A stretch of 64,000 nucleotides of DNA from an uncultured Gemmatimonadales bacterium (GTDB lineage Bacteria > Gemmatimonadota > Gemmatimonadetes > Gemmatimonadales > GWC2-71-9). Where the stretch lies: assembly GCA_963748815.1 (NCBI GenBank), contig CAVVKJ010000017.1, positions 63,567 to 127,566 of the forward strand, in the 5' to 3' direction. Below, in pieces: positions 9,371-17,861 of the stretch (position 1 is its first letter; each line of letters opens with the position of its first letter). The notes under the pieces are model-generated. The model was not told where the DNA came from. It saw only the letters and a program-made list of their open reading frames with translations, and made no database searches. The position numbers and the translations under genes were made by a program.

Positions 9371-9844
9371 ATGGAACATCGGCTCAAGTACGGCGCAGTG
9401 GCACCCGAAGGGGTTCAGGCGCTGCTCGGCATCGAATCGTATGTGCGGCAGAGTGGGCTCGAGCCCGGGCTGCTCCACCTGGTCAAGACCCGGGCCTCCC
9501 AGGTCAACCGCTGTGCCTACTGCATTGACATGCACACCAAGGATGCCCGCGCGGGGGGCGAAACCGAGCAACGGATCTACGCGCTGTCGGCATGGCGCGA
9601 GACGCCGTTCTTCACGGAGCGGGAGCGCGCCGCGCTGGCCTGGACCGAGGCGATCACCCTCATCGGCCATGGGTCGGTCCCCGAGGCGCTGTACGACGAA
9701 GCCCGCCGATCCTTCAGCGAAAAGGAACTCGTGGACCTGACGCTCGGCCTCATCGCCATCAACGGCTGGAACCGGCTGGCCATTGCGTTCCGCAGCGTGC
9801 CGGGGACATACCAGCCCATGAAGCGTTCCGAAACCCGCGCCTGA
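9371..9844 (+). CDS. AhpD-like alkylhydroperoxidase family protein (YdfG-like)
   Basis: LVK.RASQ.N.CAYC.DMH...WRE..FF..RERAAL.W.E..T...IN.WNR. Confidence 0.9.
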   Translation: MEHRLKYGAVAPEGVQALLGIESYVRQSGLEPGLLHLVKTRASQVNRCAYCIDMHTKDARAGGETEQRIYALSAWRETPFFTERERAALAWTEAITLIGHGSVPEALYDEARRSFSEKELVDLTLGLIAINGWNRLAIAFRSVPGTYQPMKRSETRA

Positions 9845-10539
9845 TGTCAGGCCACACCCATGGAGCCACAGTCATGAACGCATATCACGCGAAGCGCGTC
9901 GCCCAGGGATCAGCCCTCGTCCCCATTCTCCTTGCCGCCTTGGCGTTGCCAGCCAGTGCCCAGCAGGCGGCCACCCGCCCATCTACGGTCAGGTATGTGG
10001 CGCAACTCTCCGCGCTCAACTCGGCGGCGGCCGGCGGATCGGCAACCGGCGAGGCCACGTTCACCATCACCGGCGACAGCCTGACCATCACGGTTACCGC
10101 GAGCGGGTTGCCGAAGGACATCACTCACTGGCAGCACTTCCATGGATTCCCCGAGGGGCAGCCCGCCGCGTGCCCGAACGCCTCCTCGGATGTGAACCAC
10201 GACGGGATCATCGACATTGTCGAGACCGAGCCGGCGGCAGGGACGACCATGGTGCCCTTGACCGACAACCCGGCCGGCATGGACGTGGCGCACGGCATTT
10301 ATCCGAAGGCGTCGGCCACCGGAACGTTGCAGTACACGCAGACCGTCTCCCTGGCCGAACTGCAGGCCGCGTTCGGCAAGGCGTTCCCAGGCAAGTCGCT
10401 GGACCTCGACCGGCGTGTCGTCTTCCTGCACGGGGTCCCGAGCACCACCGTCCTCCCGGCGACGGTCGCTTCGCTTGGGCCGATCCCCGCGGCGGTCACG
10501 CTGCCGATTGCCTGCGGCCGGATTGCCCTGGCCGAGTAG
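9844..10539 (+). CDS. Secreted CHRD/Cu-SOD-fold-like protein
   Basis: Signal peptide ...ALPASA; HWQHFH, RRVVFLHG and PIACGRI recall Cu/Zn-SOD strand motifs. Start could be 9875. Confidence 0.55.
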   Translation: MSGHTHGATVMNAYHAKRVAQGSALVPILLAALALPASAQQAATRPSTVRYVAQLSALNSAAAGGSATGEATFTITGDSLTITVTASGLPKDITHWQHFHGFPEGQPAACPNASSDVNHDGIIDIVETEPAAGTTMVPLTDNPAGMDVAHGIYPKASATGTLQYTQTVSLAELQAAFGKAFPGKSLDLDRRVVFLHGVPSTTVLPATVASLGPIPAAVTLPIACGRIALAE

Positions 10540-10564
10540 CGTGCGGGGCCCGCAGGTTGGCATC

Positions 10565-11606
10565 ATGGCAGCAAGGCGACGCATCTTCTCCGGCGTCCAG
10601 CCGACCGGTGCTGCCGCACCTGGGCAATTACCTCGGGGCGATCTCGCTCTGGGTGGCCATGCAGGCGGAGTACGAGGCCGTCTTCTGCATTGCCGACCTG
10701 CACGCGCTGACAACGCCCGACACCGTAAACCCCGCCCACCTCCGAACCGCCGTACGCGATACCGCCGCCATCCTCCTGGCCTCGGGCGTGGACCCCGCAC
10801 ACGCCATCCTCTTCGTGCAGTCCCGCGTGCCGGCTCACGCCGAGCTGGCGTGGCTCCTCGGCACAGTCACGCCAGTCGGTTGGCTGGAGCGCATGATCCA
10901 GTTCAAGACCCGTTCCGCCGAGGGCGACAGCGTGGGCGCCGGCCTGCTTGCCTATCCGGTGCTCCAGGCCGCGGACATCCTGCTCTATCGGACTGACGTG
11001 GTGCCGGTCGGCGAGGACCAGCGCCAGCACATCGAGCTCACCCGGGACATCGCGCGCCGCTTCCACGGCCTCTTTGGAGAGGTATTCACGCTGCCGGAGG
11101 CGCTATACCGGTCCGGCGGGGCCCGGATCATGGGCCTCGACGACCCCGGCACGAAGATGAGCAAGAGTGCCGGACGGCACCGGGCCCGCCACGCGATCGG
11201 GCTGGTTGATTCACCCGACAGCATACGCGATGTGATCATGCACGCGGTGACTGATGGAGGGCGGGAGGTTCGGGCCGACGACCTCTCGCCGGGGGTGGCC
11301 AACCTGGTGACGATCTACCAGCTGCTGACCAGCCGTTCCCGCGGGGAGGTGCTGGCCGAGTTCGAAGGAAAGGGCTATGCTATGTTGAAGGCGTCCGTGG
11401 CCGAGGCAGTCATCTCGACCCTCGACCCGATTCAGCAGCGCTATCGCGAGTTGTCCGCCGAGCCGGAAGCCCTCGACGCGATACTCGATTCCGGTGCCGA
11501 GCGCGCCCGGCCGCTGGCGGGGGCGACTCTTGAGCGGGTCAAACGGGCAATGGGACTCGACGCGCCGCCGCCGCCACCCGGCGCCCGGCTGAGCGCCATA
11601 GCCTGA
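10565..11606 (+). CDS. trpS: Tryptophan--tRNA ligase (probably an accessory copy), frameshift near 10612
   Basis: FSGVQPTG (frame of ORF 10415) then HLGNYLGA, ADLHALT, YPVLQAADIL, VPVGEDQ.QH.EL.R and KMSKS (frame of ORF 10170). Confidence 0.93.
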
Positions 11607-11672
11607 AGCGGCCAAGACTTTCCGCGCACGCTCGTCCAATTTCCACAACCACCTCATCGCGAAGGGATTCCC

Positions 11673-12218
11673 ATGTCCTTTCAAGACAGCATCTGGCTGA
11701 CCACCCTCGTCGGGATCACGGGGGTCGCCTTGGTGTTTCTCTACGTGATCAGCCAGTCGGGCCGGCAGGAGGAACCGTCGGCCGTCCAGGCCCGGGCCTA
11801 CGCGCTTCGGAGGTGGGTCTTCGGTGGGTTGATCGCCCTGGGCGGTTCGTGGTGCACCGGCGCCAGCTTGCGGCCCTTCCCCATCGCGCCGCAACACACG
11901 CTTCAGCCAGCACCGCAGGTCATTCGGGTCGTCGGGCACCAGTGGGACTGGCAGGTGGATTCCGGTCCGATCCAGGCCGGAATCCCGGTGGCGTTCGAGG
12001 TCACCAGCGCCGACGTCAATCACGGCTTCGGGATCTACGATGCGGATGGTCACCTGCTGGGCCAGAGCCAGGCCATGCCCGGCGTGACCAACCGGCTGGT
12101 GCACACATTCACCCAGCCCGGCAAGTACCGCATCCTCTGTCTTGAGTACTGCGGTTTGGCCCATCACGGCATGATCCTCGAATTCGACGTCGTCGCCGGC
12201 GCGGAGGAACAGTCATGA
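11673..12218 (+). CDS. norS: Heme-copper oxidase subunit II-like protein with CuA site (sNOR small subunit)
   Basis: Two TM helices; G.QW.W; TSADVNHGF; CLEYCGLAHHGM CuA motif. Confidence 0.85.
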   Translation: MSFQDSIWLTTLVGITGVALVFLYVISQSGRQEEPSAVQARAYALRRWVFGGLIALGGSWCTGASLRPFPIAPQHTLQPAPQVIRVVGHQWDWQVDSGPIQAGIPVAFEVTSADVNHGFGIYDADGHLLGQSQAMPGVTNRLVHTFTQPGKYRILCLEYCGLAHHGMILEFDVVAGAEEQS

Positions 12219-13690
12219 GCGCCCTCCACCCCGGGAATGAGATCCTGCCTCCGCGCGAACGTGGCGCCCTCACCCTGTACCTGGTAACCACGCTGGCGCT
12301 GCTCCTGGTGCTGATGGTGTTCGGGCTCCTGATGCGCATGGCGCAAGGCACCTGGCTCCATGTTCCACCCACGCTCTTCTATCAGTTGATGACGGCGCAC
12401 GGCGCGGGAATGGTCGGAACCGTGGCGCTGGGCGGGAGCGCGGTGATGTGGTACTTCCTCCGCAAATATGTGTCGCTGAGCCTCCCCATCTTCTTGACCA
12501 ACTACATCCTGTTCATGCTGGGTGCCGTCCTCCTGCTGGCGGCCACCTTCCTCGGCCACTACGCCGGCGGCTGGACATTCCTCTACCCTCTCCCCGTCAA
12601 GTCGATGGGCATCTGGAGCGTCGGGGCCGCCGCCCTGTTCATGACGGGGTACCTGCTTATCGGCGTGGGCTTCCTGCTCTTCTATCTGGACGCCATGCGC
12701 GCGGTCATCCGGGTCTATGGCAACCTGGGCCGCGCCCTCGGCGTGCAATGGCTCTTCGGCGGCATCATCGACAAGACCCATCCGCCGACCGTGGTCGCCA
12801 GCGCCATGGTGATCATCGTCAACTCGCTCGGCATCCTGGGCGGGGCCGTCGTCCTGGTCATGAGCCTGCTCAACGCCTACGCGCCCGAGATCGTGCTGAG
12901 CGCCCTGTTCGTCAAGAACCTGATCTACTTCTTTGGGCACGTCTTCATCAACATCAGCATCTACATGGCCGTGATCGCCGTGTACGAGTTGCTCCCCCGC
13001 TATACCGGCCGGCCCTGGGGCGTCTCGCGCCCCTTCCTGTGGGGCTGGGCCGCGAGCACCGTGATGGTGCTGATCGTCTATCCGCACCACCTGTTGATGG
13101 ACTTTGCCATGCCTCGCTGGGCGGCGGTGTTGGGCCAGATCATCTCCTACACCAGCGGCCTGCCAGTCTTCACCGTTACCGCGTACGGCGCCCTCACCAA
13201 CATTTACCGCTCCGGCGTGCGCTGGCGCCTGCCCGCCATGCTGCTGATCCTCTCGATGTTCGGCTGGGCGGCGGGGATCATCCCCGCCATCATCGACGCC
13301 ACCATCAGCGTCAACCGGGTCATGCACAACACGCTCTGGGTCCCCGGCCATTTTCATTTCTATCTGCTGCTCGGCGTGCTGCCCATGCTGCTGGCGTTCA
13401 TGTACCACCTGATCGGCGGTGAGGCGGACCGCCCCGACCGAGGGGGGGACCGGTCGGCGTTCGCCCTCTATGTCCTTGGCGGGTTGGCATTCGTCCTGAT
13501 GTTCCTTGCCGGGGGGCACGCCAGTGTGCCGCGGCGCTGGGCGGTGCATGAATCCGGGTGGCAGTTCTACGATCAGGTGGCCTCGGTCGCGGCGGCGGTC
13601 GTGATCGTGGCAATGCTCTGGTTCACCGTGCGCCTGTGCCGCGGACTGCTCCACGGGCCGGCCGCATCGGCCCCGTCGCCTGGCAGGTGA
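12215..13690 (+). CDS. norY: Heme-copper oxidase superfamily subunit I, predicted sNOR-type nitric oxide reductase
   Basis: MTAHG, GWTFLYPLP, FFGHVFIN (Asn at His+4 instead of Tyr), YPHH, HNTLWVPGHFH; about 12 hydrophobic segments. Confidence 0.8.
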   Translation: MSALHPGNEILPPRERGALTLYLVTTLALLLVLMVFGLLMRMAQGTWLHVPPTLFYQLMTAHGAGMVGTVALGGSAVMWYFLRKYVSLSLPIFLTNYILFMLGAVLLLAATFLGHYAGGWTFLYPLPVKSMGIWSVGAAALFMTGYLLIGVGFLLFYLDAMRAVIRVYGNLGRALGVQWLFGGIIDKTHPPTVVASAMVIIVNSLGILGGAVVLVMSLLNAYAPEIVLSALFVKNLIYFFGHVFINISIYMAVIAVYELLPRYTGRPWGVSRPFLWGWAASTVMVLIVYPHHLLMDFAMPRWAAVLGQIISYTSGLPVFTVTAYGALTNIYRSGVRWRLPAMLLILSMFGWAAGIIPAIIDATISVNRVMHNTLWVPGHFHFYLLLGVLPMLLAFMYHLIGGEADRPDRGGDRSAFALYVLGGLAFVLMFLAGGHASVPRRWAVHESGWQFYDQVASVAAAVVIVAMLWFTVRLCRGLLHGPAASAPSPGR

Positions 13691-14307
13691 TGTCGGCCCT
13701 GCGCACCGCGGTCCTCAGCGTTGCCCTGCTGGTGGCGGGAGGGGAAGGGATTGCCATCGCCACCGACGGATTTCGGGCGTTCACGACCGAGACGGCGCGT
13801 CGGCTTGCGGTGCGCCGTCGGCCGGTCGGGCTTCCGGCGGTACCGCTCGAGAATCAATCCGGCGTGGCATTCACCGTGGACGATCTTCGTGGCCGGTGGG
13901 TGCTGGTGGATTTCATCTACACTCGCTGCCTGACAATGTGTGCGGTGCTCGGCGGCGACTTCTCGCAACTCGAGCGCCAACTGGCGGAGCCGATTGCCCG
14001 GGGCAGGCTCCAGCTCCTGAGCGTCAGTTTCGATCCGGCGCACGATGCGCCCGCCGACCTGGCCTCCTATCTCACACGGTTCCGGGGCCACGGGCCGGGT
14101 TGGGAGGCTGCGCGACCCGTCGCGGAGGAAGGGCTGAAACAGATCACCACGGCATTCGGAATCACGGTCATTCCGGATCAACTGGGTGGCTATACCCACA
14201 ATGCGGCGATTCACCTCGTGGACCCCGCCGGCAGGCTGGTGGATATTTACGACGTGGGCCAAGTGGAGTTGGTCACGCGGTCCGTCCTGGACCGACTCAC
14301 GCCGTGA
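13690..14307 (+). CDS. senC: SCO/SenC copper chaperone
   Basis: DFIYTRCLTMC (CxxxC), SVSFDP..D, HNAAIHLVD. Confidence 0.9.
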   Translation: MSALRTAVLSVALLVAGGEGIAIATDGFRAFTTETARRLAVRRRPVGLPAVPLENQSGVAFTVDDLRGRWVLVDFIYTRCLTMCAVLGGDFSQLERQLAEPIARGRLQLLSVSFDPAHDAPADLASYLTRFRGHGPGWEAARPVAEEGLKQITTAFGITVIPDQLGGYTHNAAIHLVDPAGRLVDIYDVGQVELVTRSVLDRLTP

Positions 14308-15122
14308 GGATCCCGCGCGGGTCGCATCCGCTCGGCGGGGGCGCGCTGATTGCGCTGGTGTCGCTCGTGCCGCCGGTTCGTCACGCTCTGGAAGCAAGCA
14401 TGACGGCGCAAATGCTGGTGCAGATCCCGCTCCTCATCGGGGCGGGCTGCCTGCTCGCGCCTGTCGTCCCCACCCGTGTGCCGGCCCGCATCCATGCCTG
14501 GAATCAGGGCGGCGTTGCCGGGCTGATCCTGGCCACCCTCGTCGCCACGTTCTGGATGCTGCCGCGCTCGCTCGATGCCTCCATTTCCCATCCGCTCATG
14601 GCGGCGGCAAAGCACCTCTCGGTGCCGCTCCTCATCGGCCTGCCCTTTGCCCTGAGCTGGCCGAAGATGGGATTCGTCGTCAGGGGAGTCCTGCTGGCGG
14701 AGGTGGTCGCCACCTTTTTCCGTCTGGGCTGGCTGTACTGGGTGTCGCCCATCCGGCTGTGCAACAATTATGGACTGGATGACCAGCGGCGCCTGGGCGC
14801 CTACATGCTGGTCCTGGGTGGCGGGTTGTTGGCCTGGCTCGGCTGGAAGCTGCTCATGGGGCGCTTCGACTCAGGCGCACCCTCGCCGGGAAGCCTGCCC
14901 CCCGCAACGGATCACTGGGAGTGGACCCCCGCCGAGCTGTCCCCGGAGGCCGCGAGTGCCTACGAGGATGCGCGACTCCGTGGTCTGTGCCATGAGGGAG
15001 CACTGGAGGCAGCACTCGGAGCGGCACAACGGCTGCCTATCCCCACAGCGTCGCATCCGCCACCCGCCCTGTCTCGTCCAGCCGGCGCTCGTGTGCCGTC
15101 AGCAAGTCGCTCCGGGAAATGA
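14304..15122 (+). CDS. Membrane protein (CtaG-like / 'orf1' of sNOR clusters) with a soluble C-terminal extension
   Basis: LE.SM..QMLVQ.PLL, FWMLPR.LD, RLCNNY..DDQ; GTGA overlap with senC. Confidence 0.65.
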   Translation: MRIPRGSHPLGGGALIALVSLVPPVRHALEASMTAQMLVQIPLLIGAGCLLAPVVPTRVPARIHAWNQGGVAGLILATLVATFWMLPRSLDASISHPLMAAAKHLSVPLLIGLPFALSWPKMGFVVRGVLLAEVVATFFRLGWLYWVSPIRLCNNYGLDDQRRLGAYMLVLGGGLLAWLGWKLLMGRFDSGAPSPGSLPPATDHWEWTPAELSPEAASAYEDARLRGLCHEGALEAALGAAQRLPIPTASHPPPALSRPAGARVPSASRSGK

Positions 15123-16827
15123 TGCCGACCACCCTCCTCGATCCGTCCTCCGCCACCACCGGCAGGCGGCCCACCTTGGCGCGGACCATTCGATCCGCCG
15201 CGTCCCGAAGGGATTGGTGTCCCTCGATCACGATGGGCGGGTGGAGGATGAGGGCGCGGAGCGGCGTGTCCTCCGCCACCTCGGGATTCTGGATATCCCG
15301 TCGAGTCAGGAGGCCCACCAGCCGGTCCTCCCCATCGACGATTGGAAATCCCTGGTGGGTTGACGCATTTTCCCCCGACAGCCAGATCCGCGTCGCGGCC
15401 ACCGTCGCGTCGGCGGGAAGTGTCACCACCGATCGGGTCGAGTGGTCCCGCACCAGGAGTCGCTCCAGGAAGTCCGCCGAGTATTCGGTGATGACCGGCG
15501 TGCCGCGCCGCGCGAGTCGCTCCGTCATGATGGTGTAGCGCATCGTACGGAGCGAGATCAGGTACGCCCCGGTGCACCCCGCGAGCAGCGGCAGGAGCCC
15601 CATCGGCTGGTGCGTCGCCTCGAAGGCGAAGACCACTGACGCGAGGAGGGCTCGCGAGGCACCGGTGAACGCCGCGGCCATTCCCACCAGTCCGGCGACC
15701 CGGGGATCGATGCCCAGCATCGGGAGGAAGGCGGCTGCTCCAGCTCCGACCAGCACGCCGGCGCCACCACCGATCGTGAAGAGCGGCGCGAGCGTCCCGC
15801 CGGCGGTCCCGCTGCCGAGGGCAATCGACCAGGAAATCGATTTTGCGATGACGAGGAGGAGCAGTGCCTGCCCGGCCAGGCTGCCGTCCAGCAGGTGCTG
15901 GATGTTGTCGTACCCGACACCGAGGGTCCGCGGAGAGAGGTACCCCATTAGGCCGACCACGATGCCGCCGAGAGCCGGCCACCACATCCAGTGAATCGGG
16001 AGCCGCTCAAAGGCGTCCTCAATGCGGTAGAGCCCCTTGGTAATGACGACGCCAAACCAGCCGATGAGGACGCCGATGACGGTGTAGGCGGCCAGCGCCA
16101 TCCCCGACGGAGTGGCAATGAACTCCATCGGGAAGACCGCAGCCGGACCGTGCACGGCGATGCGGAAGCCGGCCGCCGCTGCCGAAGCGAGCGCCACCGG
16201 TGCCAGCGATCGCGGCCGGTACTCGAAGAGGAGCAATTCGACAGCGAGGAGAGTCGCCGAGACCGGGGAGCCGAACACCGCCGACATGCCAGCCGCCGCG
16301 CCGGCCGCCAGCAGCGTCTTTCGCTCGTCGGCCGTGACCCGGAGCGCCTGCCCCACCAGCGACCCGAGGGCACCGCCGGAGGCGATGATCGGACCCTCGG
16401 CACCGAAGGGACCTCCGGTGCCGATCGAGATGGCGCTCCCGATGGGCTTCAGGAGGGTGACACGCGGGGGAACCCGGCTTTCGCCCACCAGCACCCGCTC
16501 CATGACCTCGGGAATCCCGTGACCACGGATTGCGGGGGAGCCCCAGCGCGCCACCACGCCGACCACCAAGCCGCCGAGGACAGGGATCCCGATCACCCAG
16601 GGGCCGAGGGTGTTCTCCGCGGGTGACGAGAAGGCGAGGGACCAGCGCCCGTAGAACGTCAGATTGGTGACGAGTCCGATGAGCGCCATGAGCGCCTCAG
16701 CCAGCACCCCGGCGCCAAGGGCAATGACGATGGCAAGCCCGGAAACGAGGAGCAGGCGTCGATCGGCTAGGGGAGCGAATGCGGGCGCGGAGTGGTGCGG
16801 CGCGGCGGCATGGTTTGATTCAGTCAC
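15037..16827 (-). CDS. ClC-family chloride channel/antiporter with a C-terminal CBS pair
   Basis: GHGIPE, GGPFGAEGP, GAAAGMSAVF, GVGY, GGTLAP; CBS repeats (GFPIVD, RLPVV). Confidence 0.92.
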   Translation of the reverse strand: MTESNHAAAPHHSAPAFAPLADRRLLLVSGLAIVIALGAGVLAEALMALIGLVTNLTFYGRWSLAFSSPAENTLGPWVIGIPVLGGLVVGVVARWGSPAIRGHGIPEVMERVLVGESRVPPRVTLLKPIGSAISIGTGGPFGAEGPIIASGGALGSLVGQALRVTADERKTLLAAGAAAGMSAVFGSPVSATLLAVELLLFEYRPRSLAPVALASAAAAGFRIAVHGPAAVFPMEFIATPSGMALAAYTVIGVLIGWFGVVITKGLYRIEDAFERLPIHWMWWPALGGIVVGLMGYLSPRTLGVGYDNIQHLLDGSLAGQALLLLVIAKSISWSIALGSGTAGGTLAPLFTIGGGAGVLVGAGAAAFLPMLGIDPRVAGLVGMAAAFTGASRALLASVVFAFEATHQPMGLLPLLAGCTGAYLISLRTMRYTIMTERLARRGTPVITEYSADFLERLLVRDHSTRSVVTLPADATVAATRIWLSGENASTHQGFPIVDGEDRLVGLLTRRDIQNPEVAEDTPLRALILHPPIVIEGHQSLRDAADRMVRAKVGRLPVVAEDGSRRVVGIISRSDLLTAHERRLDETGRVADATLWG

Positions 16828-16994
16828 GTGGCTCTACCGGATACAGAAGGTCACTGGCACTCGGGGAGCGGCGGTCCACCGGGAACTCGCCGGGATATCG
16901 CTGGCAGACAAGGTAGCAGGATTTGGCTGGTTGCTGAAGCGATTCGGTGTAACTCGTCCCCAAGTTTGCCCTCGGATGTTAGATTTCGCTTCCT

Positions 16995-17195
16995 ATGGAC
17001 CGCAGCTCTTACCCCACGCGAAAACGCCGCCTCCGGGACCCGGAGGACTTTGTCGAACTGGATGCCCTCTCGCCTGCGGCTCGGCTGGCCATGGTATGGC
17101 CACTCACAATGCAGGCGTGGGCATTCCACACCGGGCTCACTCATGAACCCCGACTTTCTCGAGATGTTGTCCGCACTCTCCGAGGCGGGCGCTGA
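16995..17195 (+). CDS. Small hypothetical protein, putative partner of the downstream nucleotidyltransferase
   Basis: 66 aa; SPAARLAMVWPLT..AW...RLSR.VV; overlaps the next gene by 53 bp; TAGATT lies 9 nt upstream. Confidence 0.55.
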   Translation: MDRSSYPTRKRRLRDPEDFVELDALSPAARLAMVWPLTMQAWAFHTGLTHEPRLSRDVVRTLRGGR

Positions 17196-17580
17196 GTTTC
17201 TGGTCGTCGGGGCCCACGCCTTGGCGGCTCACGGACGCCCACGGGCGACGGGGGACCTCGATCTCTGGGTCCGCCCCACCCCGGACAATGCCGATCGGGT
17301 CTACGCCGCGCTCCGACGGTTCGGCGCGCCACTCGATGACCTGCGCGCGGCTGAGTTGACTCGTGCTGACTTGGTGTTCCAGATCGGCGTGGCGCCGGCC
17401 CGTATCGACCTGTTGACCAGCATTTCGGGCGTGAGCTTCGAGGAAGGCTGGGCGTCCCGCATCTCGGTCACGATTGGCACGCTGCAGGTCCCGGTGATCG
17501 GACGCGAGTGCCTCATCCAGAACAAGCGGGCGGCGGGGCGGCCCCGGGACCTTGCAGATATTGCGGAACTAGAGGAATAG
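17143..17580 (+). CDS. Minimal nucleotidyltransferase (Pol-beta superfamily, DUF6036-like)
   Basis: VVGAHA..HG.PRATGDLD; RIDLL; NKRAAGRPRDLAD. Confidence 0.85.
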   Translation: MNPDFLEMLSALSEAGAEFLVVGAHALAAHGRPRATGDLDLWVRPTPDNADRVYAALRRFGAPLDDLRAAELTRADLVFQIGVAPARIDLLTSISGVSFEEGWASRISVTIGTLQVPVIGRECLIQNKRAAGRPRDLADIAELEE

Positions 17581-17646
17581 CACGGAGCCCAAACAGGCGC
17601 CCGTGCGGAACGCGCTCGACTCGAAAATTCGCCTCAAACGCCAGAC

Positions 17647-17682
17647 AAAAACCCCGCACCAGCACCTAAGCTGTTGCGGGGT
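17647..17682 (-). terminator. Rho-independent terminator downstream of tRNA-Ile
   Basis: Stem ACCCCGCA (17651-58) / TGCGGGGT (17675-82), followed by a T5 tract on the minus strand. Confidence 0.7.
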
Positions 17683-17698
17683 CGATATTTCAGGTCAG

Positions 17699-17772
<74 letters not shown>

Positions 17773-17810
17773 GGTTCACCGGCCACCTTCGGCCAGCCCG
17801 GGGAGGCGGT

Positions 17811-17839
17811 AGGATAACGGCGCTGCGGGACCGATGCAA
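17811..17839 (-). promoter_or_regulatory. Putative sigma70 promoter for tRNA-Ile (TTGCAT-N17-TATCCT)
   Basis: -35 at 17839-17834 and -10 at 17816-17811, exact 17-bp spacer, about 40 nt upstream of the tRNA. Confidence 0.6.
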
Positions 17840-17861
17840 CATTGTCGGCCCCGCGGGCACG

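Noticed and set aside
10540..10564. T-box or attenuator upstream of trpS
   Set aside because: The intergenic gap is only about 25 bp.
12215..13690. Ordinary cytochrome c oxidase subunit I (ctaD/coxA)
   Set aside because: It lacks the HPEVY/HPxVY Tyr needed for the His-Tyr cross-link, and there is no subunit III gene.
16828..16994. Fluoride riboswitch upstream of the ClC gene
   Set aside because: No GGNGATGG...CC / CTGATG..CT pattern was found, and the protein lacks the GNNLI motif of fluoride-exporting CLC-F.
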